Both the position numbers and the translations under genes were made by a program. DNA of 64,000 nt, from the NCBI GenBank assembly GCA_028534125.1, contig CM052817.1, positions 77,254,001 through 77,318,000 of the forward strand, given 5' to 3'. Positions 51,198-64,000 of this stretch are shown one piece after another. Position 1 is the stretch's first letter; each line of letters begins with the position of its first letter. Under the pieces are notes generated by a model. It had not been told where the DNA came from and ran no database searches. It saw only the letters and a program-made list of their open reading frames with translations. This DNA comes from Lama glama. Its lineage: Eukaryota.

Positions 51198-54049
51198 GCC
51201 TGGAGAGTCCACATAAACTGGTATCTGCCTTCCATTGCTTCATTTCCTTCTACTCTTCCTCAGGTATGCTGAGCTTGTCCACATCTCAGATCCTCTGAAT
51301 ACGCTCTCCCTTTGGGTTGCAACATGCTTTTCCTAGATCTTTGCATCTCTGTATCTTCATTCTTCAGGTGTCAGTTCAAAAACTACCTCCTCAGAGAGGC
51401 ATCCTCCATCAAAAGCGGTCTCCACCATCCTGTGCCCAGTTGCTCTATCCCATGAACCTGTTTTTACCTTCGACATTGCTCGTATTGGTACTTTAATTCA
51501 TCTTATTCCGTATGAGTTTATTGTTGGCTTCCTCCCTCTGAAATTGCAGTCTCCTCGAAGGTCTTTCATGTTCATGGCTGTCTGCCTGCACCTAGAGCAG
51601 TACCTGGCACAGAGTCACTGCTTGATAAACAGTCATCAACTCACTGACATACAAACGTAATGCAATAGAAGATAATTAAGTAACCCATCCATCAGTTGTT
51701 TGGTCCCAAAAGTGATGCAGTGAATCACCAGGAAGGCAGACTTATTTCTAAGCCCTCATCAGTTTCTAGTATACGGCTTGTTGGATGTTACCTTAAGTCT
51801 TAACTCTATTGACAGAATGAGAAGCTGGCCCTAGTTTGTACAAAAGATGTAATTTCACTTTTGAATCTACTGTTTGAAGACAGAGCAGGGTTTCACATAG
51901 TGTTTGACTGGTAACCAGTTGTAGATTTTGAAGCATCCAACATAGAAGCAATGGATGAGTCTCCGAGAGCAGAGGAGCCCACTGAGGGATTGCTTTCAGA
52001 GAGAAAAGCCGAAGATTTGCCCTGAGAGAACCTACTGTGAGGAATAGAGGAGAAAGAAGTGTTATTAAAGTAAATAGAGGAAAAAATTGATTAGAAAAGT
52101 AATAGGAAAACAAGAAAAATCAAAGTCTCTGAAGCCCCAGCCATGGGATGACAGAAGATATTCAGTTTATAAAGGAAGCACTGATAATGCATTTTTGGAA
52201 TTTTATGCTTTTGTGTTGGGGGTACATGTTCCTTCCATTAATCAGCAGATAGCTAAAAATTTTCTGGCAATGCAAAAATAAATTTAGCTAAGAAGTACCT
52301 ACAAATAGGAAAGGTAATGAAAATATTCAGTTCTTCCTTTTAAAAAAAATTTCACTCTGCTATGAAATTTCCATAATCATAAAGGGTTTCATGATAATCC
52401 TCAGGCCCCTAATTTTTCTACTATCTGTTTTACTTACTGGGAAAAACTGATTAAAGTGTTGGAAATAGAAGTCATTTTGTTCTCTTTCATCATGTGTTGA
52501 GTGGTTGAGAAATCAGCTAGGGAGACTGGCAAAATTAACTGGCAAAAGCTTCCATTTGCCCCAAACTGATCCAGTCCTGCTTCCATGTTTGGAAATGATT
52601 TCTTGAGCTTATCCACATTTTGTTGGCAGGTCATATCTTTGGAGAATGACAGGCACTTTTCTCCCTACCACCCGTTAGCCATGATCCTGGCCTTGAGGAA
52701 TGCAAACTGCCTGTAATGTTCAGAATCTGAGGGCAGATAAACTGAGGACCAAGTGAAACTGAGGGTGCAGCCATTAGGTGAGAACAAACTCCATTGCAGG
52801 CACACATTGCTGAGCTTGCCTCGTGGTGGTGTATTTTGTCCCATCATGTGAAAAAAGAAATGAAACAGAGGACATTTTCAAAAGTAGGGTACAAGATGAG
52901 AGTTAAACATATATGAGAATGAATTCAATGATTACATTGGATTCTAAGAAAGAAGCACTTCTATACTATCTTCAGTGATAGTGTATATTCTCGCCCCCAA
53001 AGTCAGATACTTTTTACAAGGCATCCTGGGCAAATATCTATCCTGTTAGATCATTGCAGTGAGTATGCAGACAGTAGTTTCTGTCCTATTTAAGTATATT
53101 TTCATCTAGGAAAAAAACTAAACTTTAAACCTATCTACAATTTCAAAGATGGGTTAATCCAGTTTAAGGCCATAGTCACACAAGCTGACAGACAAATCAT
53201 TTTGCCTGACTTACTGATCTGTATTATCAGTAACTGCTATTTCAATACTTAATATATCTGCAATAATAAGGAAAACTTATGACATTTGAATTTTCATGTC
53301 TTTAGACCTAGTCCCAATACTTATTTTTAAGTTTTGTATCTTTAAGTTTTTTAAAACATCAGATTTTACTTATTCTTTCTATCAGTAGATCAAATACGCA
53401 GGAAAATGAGGATCAGTCGACTTCTAAAAATTAGTATTATTAAATGTTGCTATGATGTATTCCGTTGTCTGTATGTAAAACCTTTATTGCAAAGATACAT
53501 CCCTAATCCTTTTACCTAACAACTTGCATTAAGCTTTTTTTTTTTTCCTTTGCATTAAGCTGGAAAATCTGTTATTCATCTTTAAGTACTGCCTCCAGGC
53601 AAACTCATTGTAGCATAAAGGCCAGAGTAGTCCTGGATACATTCTGTCCTGGAAATGTAACTACTTCTACTCAACTACTGGTCAGGTGATGCCTCTCGCT
53701 GAGATGGGAGTGCAGCCCATCAGGATGTACATTGCATAAGAGGAGGACTACCCATGAAGACCATCTACTGGGCTTTTGGCTCTATTAAACCTAATTCTAG
53801 AATATGGAGCAGGTGCCAAGAAAAGTTTAAGAGGGTAAGAGTTATTTAAATCAGAGACAAGGGAAAAACATTACCTGAGGAAACCTTCAGGTTTTATATA
53901 TTAGGATTCCATTCTTATTCTCTCCCTCCATCCTTCCTCCCAACCCCCCCATCTCTATTTCTGCCTCTCTTCCTTCGTTCCTCTCTCCCATTGGATTTTT
54001 TCATTAATCTTTAGTGGTTCTTACTGAAGAAAATCTGTGATATAGCCAT

Positions 54050-54200
54050 TCATATATTCATTCAACAAACAGTAACTACTATCTGTTAGACACTGTTCTG
54101 GAGATACAGATGCTCTTACAAATAAGAAGACCCCTGCCTTCAGGGAATTCATAGTCTAAAGGAGTTATAGACAAGAAAATCACCCTTTATGGTAGAACGC
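54050..54200 (-). mobile_element. L2 3' end
   Basis: attcattcaacaaac...actgttctggagatacag...ccctgccttcagggaattcatagtcta. Confidence 0.75.
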
Positions 54201-54939
54201 ATACTGTGTTCAGGTGTTAGCTGGGACTTCCTGGCCCCTTGAGATTTAATGAAGATCAGAAGGACAAAATTCCCATTTCATGTCCTTTTGAAGGCCAAAA
54301 CATGCCTCCAAGATTGCTATTGCATTTGCAGTCTGCTGTGCTCTGATTTCCTGCTTTCTGATGTACTCTGCATCTTGTAGCTGTTCTTTATCTCTGTCCT
54401 GACATAATCCAAACTTGGGATGCAGCTCCTCTTCTATTCTCCCTGCCACCCCCATCTGCCTCTTCTCTTCCCACGCAAAGAGATCGTGAAAATAAAGCTG
54501 ATAATGTGTTTCAAAACTTGAACTGCGAGTTTAGAGGTCATGTGAAAACAAAGCAATAAACTTCAAATGGCATAGGGCATAGGTCCCCCATCACCAGAAC
54601 TTTCTATCTGTCTGCCTCACCCAACGGAGCACCTGGACTTGTGCCAGTCTTCTCTTGTGCCTCTCTCCCTCCTGATTCTCCTCCTCAGGCCATCCCTCCT
54701 GCCGTGGGCTCTCCCACCCCAACACTCCAGCTCTGGGATGTTCTTGCAGTCTCTTGTGCAGAGTAATTATGTTCTTTTCATGAAACCCCAATTCAAATCC
54801 AGGCCATTTTGTTCATGCCTAAACCCATCCTGGTGCTCAGGCAAGGAGCCTCTTGCGGTCTAGAACCCACTCTCTGCTCTCCTTACATAAGGCGGGCAGT
54901 TGTGCTCATGTACTATTTCCCCCTCCTTTACGTGTGTGG

Positions 54940-55080
54940 ATTCACTTAGATATCCCCTCAGCAATATTTGCTGGATGTCTGCTATGTATCAGGTACCATT
55001 TTAGGTGCTGGGAATAAAGCTGTATACAAGACAGGCACAGGTCCTGTCCTGGTGGATTTACATTCTGGAGAGTATGTACA
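54940..55080 (-). mobile_element. L2 3' end
   Basis: tatttgctggatgtctgctatgtatcaggtaccattttaggtgctggga...acaagacag...tttacattctgg. Confidence 0.75.
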
Positions 55081-55964
55081 AGATGCTCTGAAGAAATAGA
55101 GGATGGGATTGCAGATCAGGGAAAGCTAGGTCTGAAAGGACAAGCAGGGTTAATCTGGGTGGATCAGAGGATGGCAGTTCAGGCAGAGGGACTCAGTGAA
55201 GTGGCTGTAAAGTTCTCCACTCTCCATTCGGGCTGCTGGAATGAAAAGGGAAACAGAAAATGTGGTTTATTTCCATCATTTCTTCCTCCAGCTTCCATAC
55301 CTCAATACTCAAGCAGTACCTTTTGGGCAGAATTGAGATATGAGATCTCTCAGGAGGAAGAAAGTGTGGAGTCTCTCCCCTTTGCAGTTTCTGGGTGGAG
55401 CCAACAGATAGGAGAGGTTTATTTGAATTGGTTTCTCTTCCCCAGAATCTGGGCCCCTGGAGCACAGCTCCCTCCTCACCTGGGCAGATCCCAAGGAGGG
55501 AACTACTCTGCAGTCTCCTGGAGAAGGGAAGCCAGGGTATGGCTGGAGGGTTTGTTTATGATTTGCAAAGGACTGTGGAATACAGGATTGGAGACCAGGG
55601 CTGCTGCTAGGTCACATGTAGCATTTATGCAAAACAAAACTATATATATATATTGCCACTTCTTTTGGGATGATGCAACTCAAATCTAGGATACAGAGCT
55701 TGGAAAGTAAGAGATCCCCCCAAACAATTCCTTGGGCAGGGTGCAACCCCAACAAATGGTGAAACAGTCTGTCCCAGGTTGCATAGAGTCTATAAATTCA
55801 AAAGGTTGAATAAATTGATGAGGTTCTTACAGGACCTGAATCCACAGACGTACTTGAAGAGTAGGTTCCTCACAAGGCCCAGAATGATTAACTAATGAAG
55901 TGGGAGTATTTAAGGAAATGAACCTCACAATGGGTCCATCTTTTCCCTCCTTCTCATCCAATTA

Positions 55965-56170
55965 ACAGTAACAGTGATTAGTCTTTACTGAGTACACCTG
56001 GCAGGTTCCAGACACTGCACTAAGTCACAGAGATTACGTCAATGAATTCTTAGGACAACCCTGTAACCTAGGTGGATATTATTACTACCATTTAATGTTT
56101 CAGGAAACAGAAGCTCAGGTGGTTGAACTAGTAAGTGGTTTTTAACTTAGAGCCCACTTCAACTCCCACT
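55965..56170 (-). mobile_element. MIR SINE
   Basis: ccagacactgcactaag...gacaaccctgta..taggt..tattatt...ggaaacagaagctcag. Confidence 0.75.
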
Positions 56171-59100
56171 CTTGGCTGGCTATATCCTTTTCTTTCCCTC
56201 CCTCACCTTTCCCTCTCTTTTCCTTCACTGTCTCTGCCTCTGAAAGCAGGGGGAAAAGAAAAACTTTCAGAGGAGCCATGTTAATAAAATATTCACTGAG
56301 CTTCCTGATAACTCTACAATTGACCTTTAGCTCTGACATTCCCAGACACTGGGCTTTCCAAACAAATAGCTTCCCTTTGTTGTTTGGGGTTTGCCTCAGA
56401 GCCAGTATTCTGAAAATCCTGGCTTCAGGTTTCCAAACCTAATCCTTGCTGGGTGGTAATCCATTTCAGCACACAAACAAGAAAACAAAGCTCCACTTGG
56501 TCCTTGGCCTGAAGCTCTGTGGCTTTTCTGGCTTACCTAACTAAAGGTGCGATGGGGAACCTACTTTCCGTGGTCTTTTCTAGAGGACCATTTGCCATCT
56601 GAGGAAAATGAATATAGAACAGTACCTGCCAGTTTCTATGCAAAGAGTTTCCATGTTTCCCCCCATGTTTTTGGCATAGTTCTGTGTAATTCCCTTAGTT
56701 GAACTAGCCATCTCCTCAAGAAATCATAAGCTATACAGCAGTTTAAGTGAAGTTTATAACACCAGAGCCTCTATGGCAGTATTCCCTTTGACTTGGTTTT
56801 GAACAACCTTATACCTTAAAAAAATGTGGAGTCTACTTAAAACATGGACCTATCCACGCACTTTTAACCTTTGTTAGAGAATGTGGTGTAATGAAGATAC
56901 ACAGCTAATCCATAAAATATCTAATTTTGGTGAAAAATATGTAACATCCAATATATTAACATCCAAATAAGATAACCTAATGTTCTTGGTTATTGGTTTC
57001 CAAAGACTGTTGAACATTTCCTTCTTTGGCCTTGGAGGAATTTGCTCTGGGATTTCAGCCTGGCCCTTGACTTGCTGAAAGACTACAGATTTACATCAAA
57101 GCAAGTAGGCTGGGAACAAAGCAACTAGTGAAAATGAAAGTAAGAAGTCTTGAGCCCCAGGCTTAGCGTGTGTTCTTTAGAGAGGGAAGATAGTGCCGCT
57201 GGGGTCAGGAGAAAGTCACTGGCGGCCCTTGTGCTTGCTAATGCCAAGCAGACCTCCTGATCCAGATAGATCAACGAAGTCCAAAGGCGAAATGTTTCGA
57301 TGTAACTGTTACAGCAGGGTCCTGGCTTCACTGAGATGCTGCTCTCCCAGGGCTTATTTTACCATTTGCCATTTAACCATTTCCCCTCATGATGACTTTC
57401 CCAATTCAGTAGGGAAAGTGAGTGAGAAAATGTCCAGATCGAAGCCCAAGCTTTGGGAGATCACAGCTAAGAAAGCATAGATAGTCAATTCTGATCTCGT
57501 TTAGTAACATGATACAGTGCTGGAATATGCCAGGAAGGAAAGGGGACCAGATTTGTGTGGGTTTGCTGAGGTTGAAAGAGCAGTGTCTTCTACTTAGTCC
57601 TGGGGTTGAGGTTAGGGAGTGGCACTACTTTTGAAGATCATGAAGTATATATTGACTTGCCAGAGGTAGACACATTTTAAAAACTTCAAATGTGTGATAT
57701 TACAGAGTTCATTTTCTCCTCACCTCTTGAAAGGAAACTTGCAGAGACAAGATCGGAGCAATTTTGAACACTACTGCATTTTCCAAGTTACGATTCCTAG
57801 ACCTGTGTGGCAAAATTAAAAACAGTAGAATGAGAGGAATGAGGAGACCACTGTTCTGATTATAGCTTAGCTTCTATCCAGTTGAGAGAATCCAGTAACT
57901 TTTCCAGGTCGGTTAAAAAGAGGGGCATGGATCTCTAGTTGACCTCAAGGGCTCTTGCACCTCTTAAATTCAATGCTAATATAAACATAGCACTCTGCCT
58001 CTGATAGGTTGCCACAATTTTAATATCTCCTACAACATATAGGTCAATTGTAGACCAAGGTCACAATGTAGTAGTATCCTCTAAAACATTTTTCTTTTAT
58101 GTTAAGTTGAACTACAAGTCTCTGAATTGCTATATAGATACCTCATTGTACTTTGTAAACATTCTATATGGCTCCAAAAATGCATCTGAGACACAAAAAT
58201 GTATTGTCTTTCTAAACCACTTACATATGTAGTGTTTAAAATGGAAAACACAGTTGTATGGAAATACAGCGTTTTTCTCCGGATTGTAATAAAAGGTTTA
58301 TGTGATCGATGAACAGTGCTTTCGCTGCCCTCTGCTGCTCTAAGGAGAACACTGGATTTGGAAAGCCTAGTCTTACATCTGATTGGGGAAGGCCAACTTT
58401 TCATTTATGGTCATTATTATTAATGCTTGCTGGCACCGTCCAAGTGTAACACTATCTGACTTAGAAAATCCCAACAGTGAAGTAGCCAATGGCCTGAAAC
58501 CAAATAAGCACTATGTTCTTGTGAGTCAGGATTTTCTAAAGTCTTCTGGGGTTTTATTAGTTCTGAGTGTTCTTCCTACAAGATCACTAATATGTAGAAA
58601 TAGCTGTTTATTTAGAAGTTGATTATAGGGTGTTTTTTAAAAAATCAGTAATTTCTCAAAACATGAACGGTTAATAGAAATGGCAACAAAACTGATCTTA
58701 GATGAAAACCTTGCTTCTTTAAAAAGGAGAGTGAAGCTTAATAGAATTGCCTTGTGGGAATGTTCTACTGTTTACATTTAAATATTGGGTGCTTAGCATG
58801 AGAAAAAGATTAAATGCTTTTATAGTTTCAATTTTGTCTTCATCTACTTTTAATTAACAATTAGATGTCATTTCTGTCCATTCTCTAAGGGTTCTGTTTA
58901 ATAATGACAGCAAAAGCTAATAACTGACATTCATAAGGCTTCCTGGAGATGTGCTTGTAATTTGTATTCATTAATCACCAAGCAGAAGATTTTACCTGAA
59001 ATCTATTTTACTCCTGAATTATAAATTATCAACAGATTTCATTTACTTAACAATTATTTAACTGGCTAGGAGTCAGTAAAACTATTTGGCAAGTTAGTTT

Positions 59101-61489
59101 GCTTGGTTATTAAGAGTGTGTTTTGAAAATACAAGGAATACTCAAGGGGCTTTGCCTGAAGTCCTCAGATGCCACATGAGGAAAACACAGGAAATTATTG
59201 CTCAATGTTAAAATTAAATGCTTTTGATAAAGATTTCCATTTTGTGATGGTTAAGGCAGGCATTTAGTTACATTTTCTTGAACATTTTTTCAGGGTTAAG
59301 TCAATGAGGTCATAGTGTAAGATGTGCCTTCCCGTTATCTGAGCTCTGAATGGAAACACCAAACTTCTTCTTGAGAATCTTAGCCAAGTCCAGTCTGTCT
59401 CCATTGCCACCTCCACCCTCCAATTTGGGAGCAGAGTGTCCTTCTATCTGGGCAACTTTTTTCAGTCTCCTCCATCCTACAGTCAACATGGTTCTTCACC
59501 TAGTGGCATCACAGGAACATGGCAGGAAGTGTAACATCTAACCACAGTCTATCCGTACTTACCACAAATTGGGTTAGCGCTAGCCTGTCTAAACTAAGGA
59601 ATATTTTAATAAAAGATTCTATAATATTAATTGTTTTCATACAGTGAACATACTGTGAAATTCTGGGGGCAATAATGAATTATCTTCATCTCCCCCTTTT
59701 AATCTCTGAACGAATTAGACTAAAGTTAGACTGAGGTTAAAAAAAATATCAGCCTTATTATTGGTAAAGTTGGCTTAGAGAACGTGGTATGACTTACGAC
59801 CACATCAGTATTTCCATAGGTTCCCTTCATCTTGGAAGCATTTGCAAGTGCAAAAAAAACAAAAACAAAAAAACAAAAACCCTGTTCTACCTAGAAGAGT
59901 TCTGGTACACAGTAGATGCTTTATAATTCCTTGCCAATAAATGAACAAATGAAGCAATCAAATCCAAAAAGTTACTTCTGCTTTCCTCAGAGGAACTTCA
60001 ATATAAATTCCAGAGTACATGGAATATTTTCATTTGTCTTGACCCCCAATGACCCTTTGCCTCTTTGGACTGCCGAGCTGCTAGCATGACACTCTCAGGG
60101 GTGGCAGAAAGCTGAAGTGGCCTTCAGACTGAGCGCTTCTAGTGCCAGTGAGATGTCCTGTCAGCACCTTTTCCTCTCTCCTCCTCTCCCTTCATCTTAA
60201 AATACATGTTATTCTCTGATGTGAAAATGGATACATTTAATTTCTGAGATTTTCTCAGTGCCTTAGGCCAGCTGTTTTGGCTCAAGTATGATTAATTTAA
60301 ACACCAGCTGCTGTTTAGTAACTTACTCTAATCAATCAACAGATATTTATTATGTGCCTTTTAAGCAGAAAGCAAAGAAAAATGCGAAATAAACTCCTGA
60401 CTGAAGAACAGGGAGCGAGTCCCTGCTGATGGTTGTGTTTTGCCAGTGTTTTCAAGGCAGCAGAGGACTGGAATGCGTATCTCAAATGTTCAAGGCTTAG
60501 AGTAGCACTCACACAATCCATTTTCCTTTTAGGTTTTTATCTTGAAATTGTTAATTTTACTCACAGTAAAGGTGGACGGGACAGTGTCACTTGGACCTGA
60601 GATTAGAATGGGTCTTCCTTTTAGGGAACTAACATTTATTAAGTTAGGCTAAAGTAGCACTTCCTTTAGAGAATTAACATAATATTTGATTAAAGTGAAT
60701 TGGCCTCTGGTGGTGGGCCTCCTGACTCACCCATTCACAGGCCAGAAAGCTGGCAGGAAGAACAGAAGCAAGCTGACTGTACCTGGGTCAAGTTTGCTTA
60801 TTACTTCCTGGACCATGAAGCACAAGTGAGCTCACCGCCCATGAGCACAGCCCATCCAAGACAGTAAGAGACAGGATTGGCCATCACTAACTTTTCAATT
60901 CAATGACCACAGCCTTTGGAAAAATCATGGCTCAATGGCTTTCAGGCTCTTCACCAATCAAATTAGCTCCTCTTCCCAGAGGAGAAGTGACAGGAGACAT
61001 CCGGAAGTGTTATATTGTCCCACCTGTGAGGCAAATGGACGTCTCCTCTTCTGAGAAAGAACGAAGAAGAGAATAAAGGTCTCCTCAATACCAAATTATT
61101 CTACAAGGGCAGACCTCACAGGGCAGTCCCTATGACTGTCATAGTGCTCTGCTGATTGTCCCGAACACCACTGCAGGTTGACGTGTAGAACTCTATTTAA
61201 TCTCTACATAAATTCTGATGTAAGAATTATTTTAACTTCTTACTGAGACCCTCATCAGAACATAAAAAAAGGAAAGAAAGAAGAATGAATATTTACCATA
61301 GATACTGAAAGAGATCTGAGCCTGCAAGCAAAATCTGATCCTCTTTTGTTTCCCATTTGGGAAAATAAAACTACATATATATATATAAATATTTTTCTTT
61401 CCCCCTCCCTTTCCCAAAATGCAGGAGCTAATTTGTCTGAAGTAACTCATAAGGTAGCCTAGCAAATCTGTCTCATGTTTGATTCTGAT

Positions 61490-61700
61490 TTCTTTCCATC
61501 ACTTGTAGCATTCCTCTCCTAGGATTGTTGTCAGGTTTAAAGAAATATAGTTGAAAATGTTTTGCCCAGTGCCTAACATTTTAAGTCACACATCTCTGGG
61601 TTTGAATCCTGGCTGTCTCATGTACTAGCTCTGTGACCTTGGACAAGCCACTACTATCTCTCTGAGGCTAAGTTTATTTTTCATCACACGGTGGGTGCTT
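61490..61700 (+). mobile_element. MIR fragments
   Basis: ctgggtttgaatcctggct...actagctctgtgaccttggacaagccact. Confidence 0.75.
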
Positions 61701-62153
61701 ATTAATTTTAGTCCCTTTCCTTCAAATGTTAGAAATGAATTAAATATCATGGAATCAGAAATATATACTTCATAAGCTGGCTGTCCCTTCCAGCTTCCAT
61801 TTTGTCTCCCCATCCACACCATTTTTTTGCAGGCAACAAATGTAGTAGAAAATATTTGAACCATTGAGTGAAACAGTCATAATTTTTAATTTCTGTTCTA
61901 CCATTCATTAGCTATGTGATCATGGGTAAATCATCTAAAAGGTCTCATCTCATTACTGTGCTAAAAATCTTACCACAATGAGGAGAAGCCAAAATTCAGA
62001 CTCGTATCTGAAAGAAGAGAATTATAGTACATCAACTATCATATTTTTTCCTGCATTTTAGAAAGTAGTTTATATATTATAGGAGGTCTTTATATCTTCA
62101 ACGACTCATTCACTTGTAAGGTATACCTGTGCACTACGTTTGTGCGCGTGCAG

Positions 62154-62157
<4 letters not shown>

Positions 62158-62192
<35 letters not shown>
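62158..62192 (+). repeat. (CA)n microsatellite, about 17 units
   Basis: Uninterrupted acacac... run. Confidence 0.98.
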
Positions 62193-62196
<4 letters not shown>

Positions 62197-62719
62197 CGCT
62201 CACAAAGAGGTCCGCTTCCTTCCAGGGTGCTTCCAATTTCTTTGGGAAAGCCACAGCACAGTGCCAATGATAACTGGCAATCTCTGTTACTATGATGAGT
62301 GAGGATGGTCAACACCAAAAAATTTCCCTTCATCAAATGTAAACATGTGTCCTGCCAAGTACTTTCCACTTACTTTTTAAGCTTCATGTTTTTCATTGGA
62401 AATTTAATCCATGTGTGCTGAGTTATTTATTGAACTCAGAATACTACTGGGCAAATGCCAGTTTGTATCCAAAAAATTACCTCCTCACAAAAGAACCCAC
62501 CATAAATAGCCACATTTTTCTTCCTTCCTTTTATTTTTTTAACCAAAATTTTGAATTTTAATTAGGATCAGAACTAAAAGAAGCCTAGCTTGGTCCTGAA
62601 GTTACATACAAGTTATACTGACTACACCCATCACTAGTCTCTGAACATACACTGAAATAAGCAATCTGCCATCACTCAGACATATTAAAAAATAAATTGT
62701 ATATTGACCTGTTTTCAGA

Positions 62720-62860
62720 TTCCTCTTCACAGAAAGGGAAGTCAGGTATTAACGCTCCCACTTTACGGCTGAGGACACTGACTTAGAAGCAGTCAACAAC
62801 TTGCTTATCTTGGTCACCTGACCTACATTGTGGAGAGGAAAATTGAACACAGCTGAGTTA
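62720..62860 (-). mobile_element. MIR SINE
   Basis: cccactttacggctgaggacactga...aacttgc..tggtcac. Confidence 0.6.
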
Positions 62861-63329
62861 AACTCAGATTATTATTACATTTGATCTAAGAAAAGGGGCA
62901 TTCTGCAACACCTCCTGGGGGAGAATACATTTTAGGGCCCAAAGAGTATCTTGGCAGCAGCCAGGGCAGCTTTCCTCAGTGGGATGAGGTGGGAGGTGCT
63001 CGCACAGGTGCTGTATCATCAGTCTCGTGCACTAGAGAGTCCACGCTGAGGCAGAGAGGTGGGTTTTTTTTTTTTTTAAAGCCAAGTTGTACTACAGGTT
63101 CTGTTATTTATGAATAGTCCAGTCCATCTGTAACTCCCCTGCCCGTTATGGCCCTGGCTCAGCGAGGCCCAGCCCCAGAAGATTGTGTGACCCTCTTGCC
63201 AGATTAGGTCTGAATTCCCATAGAGTCCTCTCATCAATATTTATGACTCTGCTCCCTCGTGTGTTCCAAATCGATGTCTCGTCCCTGTCCTATCATTCAC
63301 CTTCTACTCTGACTTCCGCAATTCAGCTG

Positions 63330-63790
63330 ATTTCAGCACGTCTCTCTGCTTGAATATGTGCTAACAATGTACTCAAATATAATCAAGTGTTATTGCCGAA
63401 ACACGTTAGAAAGAGAGCTGGGGTTTTAGGCCCCTTTCCCCAATATTTTGATTCCCCTTCCTAGATTTTGTTGCTTCTACCAATGATTCCATCATAATTA
63501 CGAATTTGCCGTCATTCTTGATTTCTGCTTCTCTATAAATCCAGTCTCTCACTGAGTCTATAGTTTTGCTTCCCATTGTGTCTCTTATCTCCTAACTATG
63601 GGTTGTTACAGATAAATTCCATTCTAGGCTCTCATCACTTCATATTTGTACAACTTTAGTGGTTTCCTAGTTTCTCTGTCTTCAGTCTTCTCCTGCCCAG
63701 TCCATCCTGCTCCAGTAATAATTTCTCATCACTACTGGGTTATATCCAAGTGTCTCATACTGGATTTAAAACTGCTTTTAATGTGGTTCC
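63330..63790 (+). mobile_element. L2 relic
   Basis: gtcattcttgatttctgcttctct...ctaggctctcatcactt...tggtttcctagtttc. Confidence 0.5.
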
Positions 63791-64000
63791 ACCTCACTAA
63801 TCCACTTTGCTTTCAACGACCTGTCTCACACACCCTCCCACTCTTGTTAGTCAAGCTCCACATCTCTGAAAAACACTATGCTTTTTCCCACCACTGTTCT
63901 GTTGTACTTACACTATGGGTCACACATAGCCCAGTCACAGGACTAAAGGAGCTGGACAGAAACCTGCACATGAAATGATAAATAATTTGGGAGATAGATT

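Larger units (their letters stand above)
49800..51650 (+). mobile_element. L2 interrupted by an MLT1 LTR and a MER20
   Basis: Collinear L2 pieces (tctacactctctccctagg|taatgccatc; ttggatatctaatggacatctcaaacttaa; cacctagagcagtacctggcacagag). Confidence 0.8.

Noticed and set aside
55159..55689. 176-aa plus-strand ORF
   Set aside because: Non-ATG start, no recognisable homology, adjacent to L2 relics
1..64000. miRNA/snoRNA genes, CRISPR arrays or prokaryotic systems
   Set aside because: By eye, no recalled mature miRNA, box C/D or H/ACA architecture, or repeat-spacer array; the sequence is eutherian. An Infernal/Rfam and miRBase search is needed to exclude small RNAs formally

Overview
AT-rich mammalian genomic DNA, most likely camelid (camel/alpaca/llama), inferred from a Vic-1-type tRNA-derived SINE at 20444-20554. 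No host protein-coding exon, RNA gene or CRISPR array could be recognised. The only ORFs with recognisable protein similarity are broken LINE-1 ORF2 fragments. The window reads as intronic or intergenic sequence. It contains lineage-specific and old L1 3' ends, many L2, MIR and L3 relics, solo LTRs (MER21-like, MER76-like, MLT1), hAT/Tigger DNA-transposon fossils, microsatellites and two fixed 500-N scaffold gaps. Repeat subfamily names come from recalled consensus similarity and need RepeatMasker confirmation; boundaries of old elements are approximate. I found no convincing new biological system. The best leads are: (1) an unexplained ~400-bp diverged duplication (~6990-7360 vs ~9565-9955), whose first copy carries a perfect branch point, a splice acceptor and clustered RBFOX/QKI motifs and whose second copy interrupts an L2; (2) a 91-bp ERV-LTR-like fragment flanked by a perfect 15-bp L1-type target-site duplication (TSD); (3) several candidate exons and regulatory modules (RFX, CTCF, ARE, CRE) in apparently repeat-free stretches.
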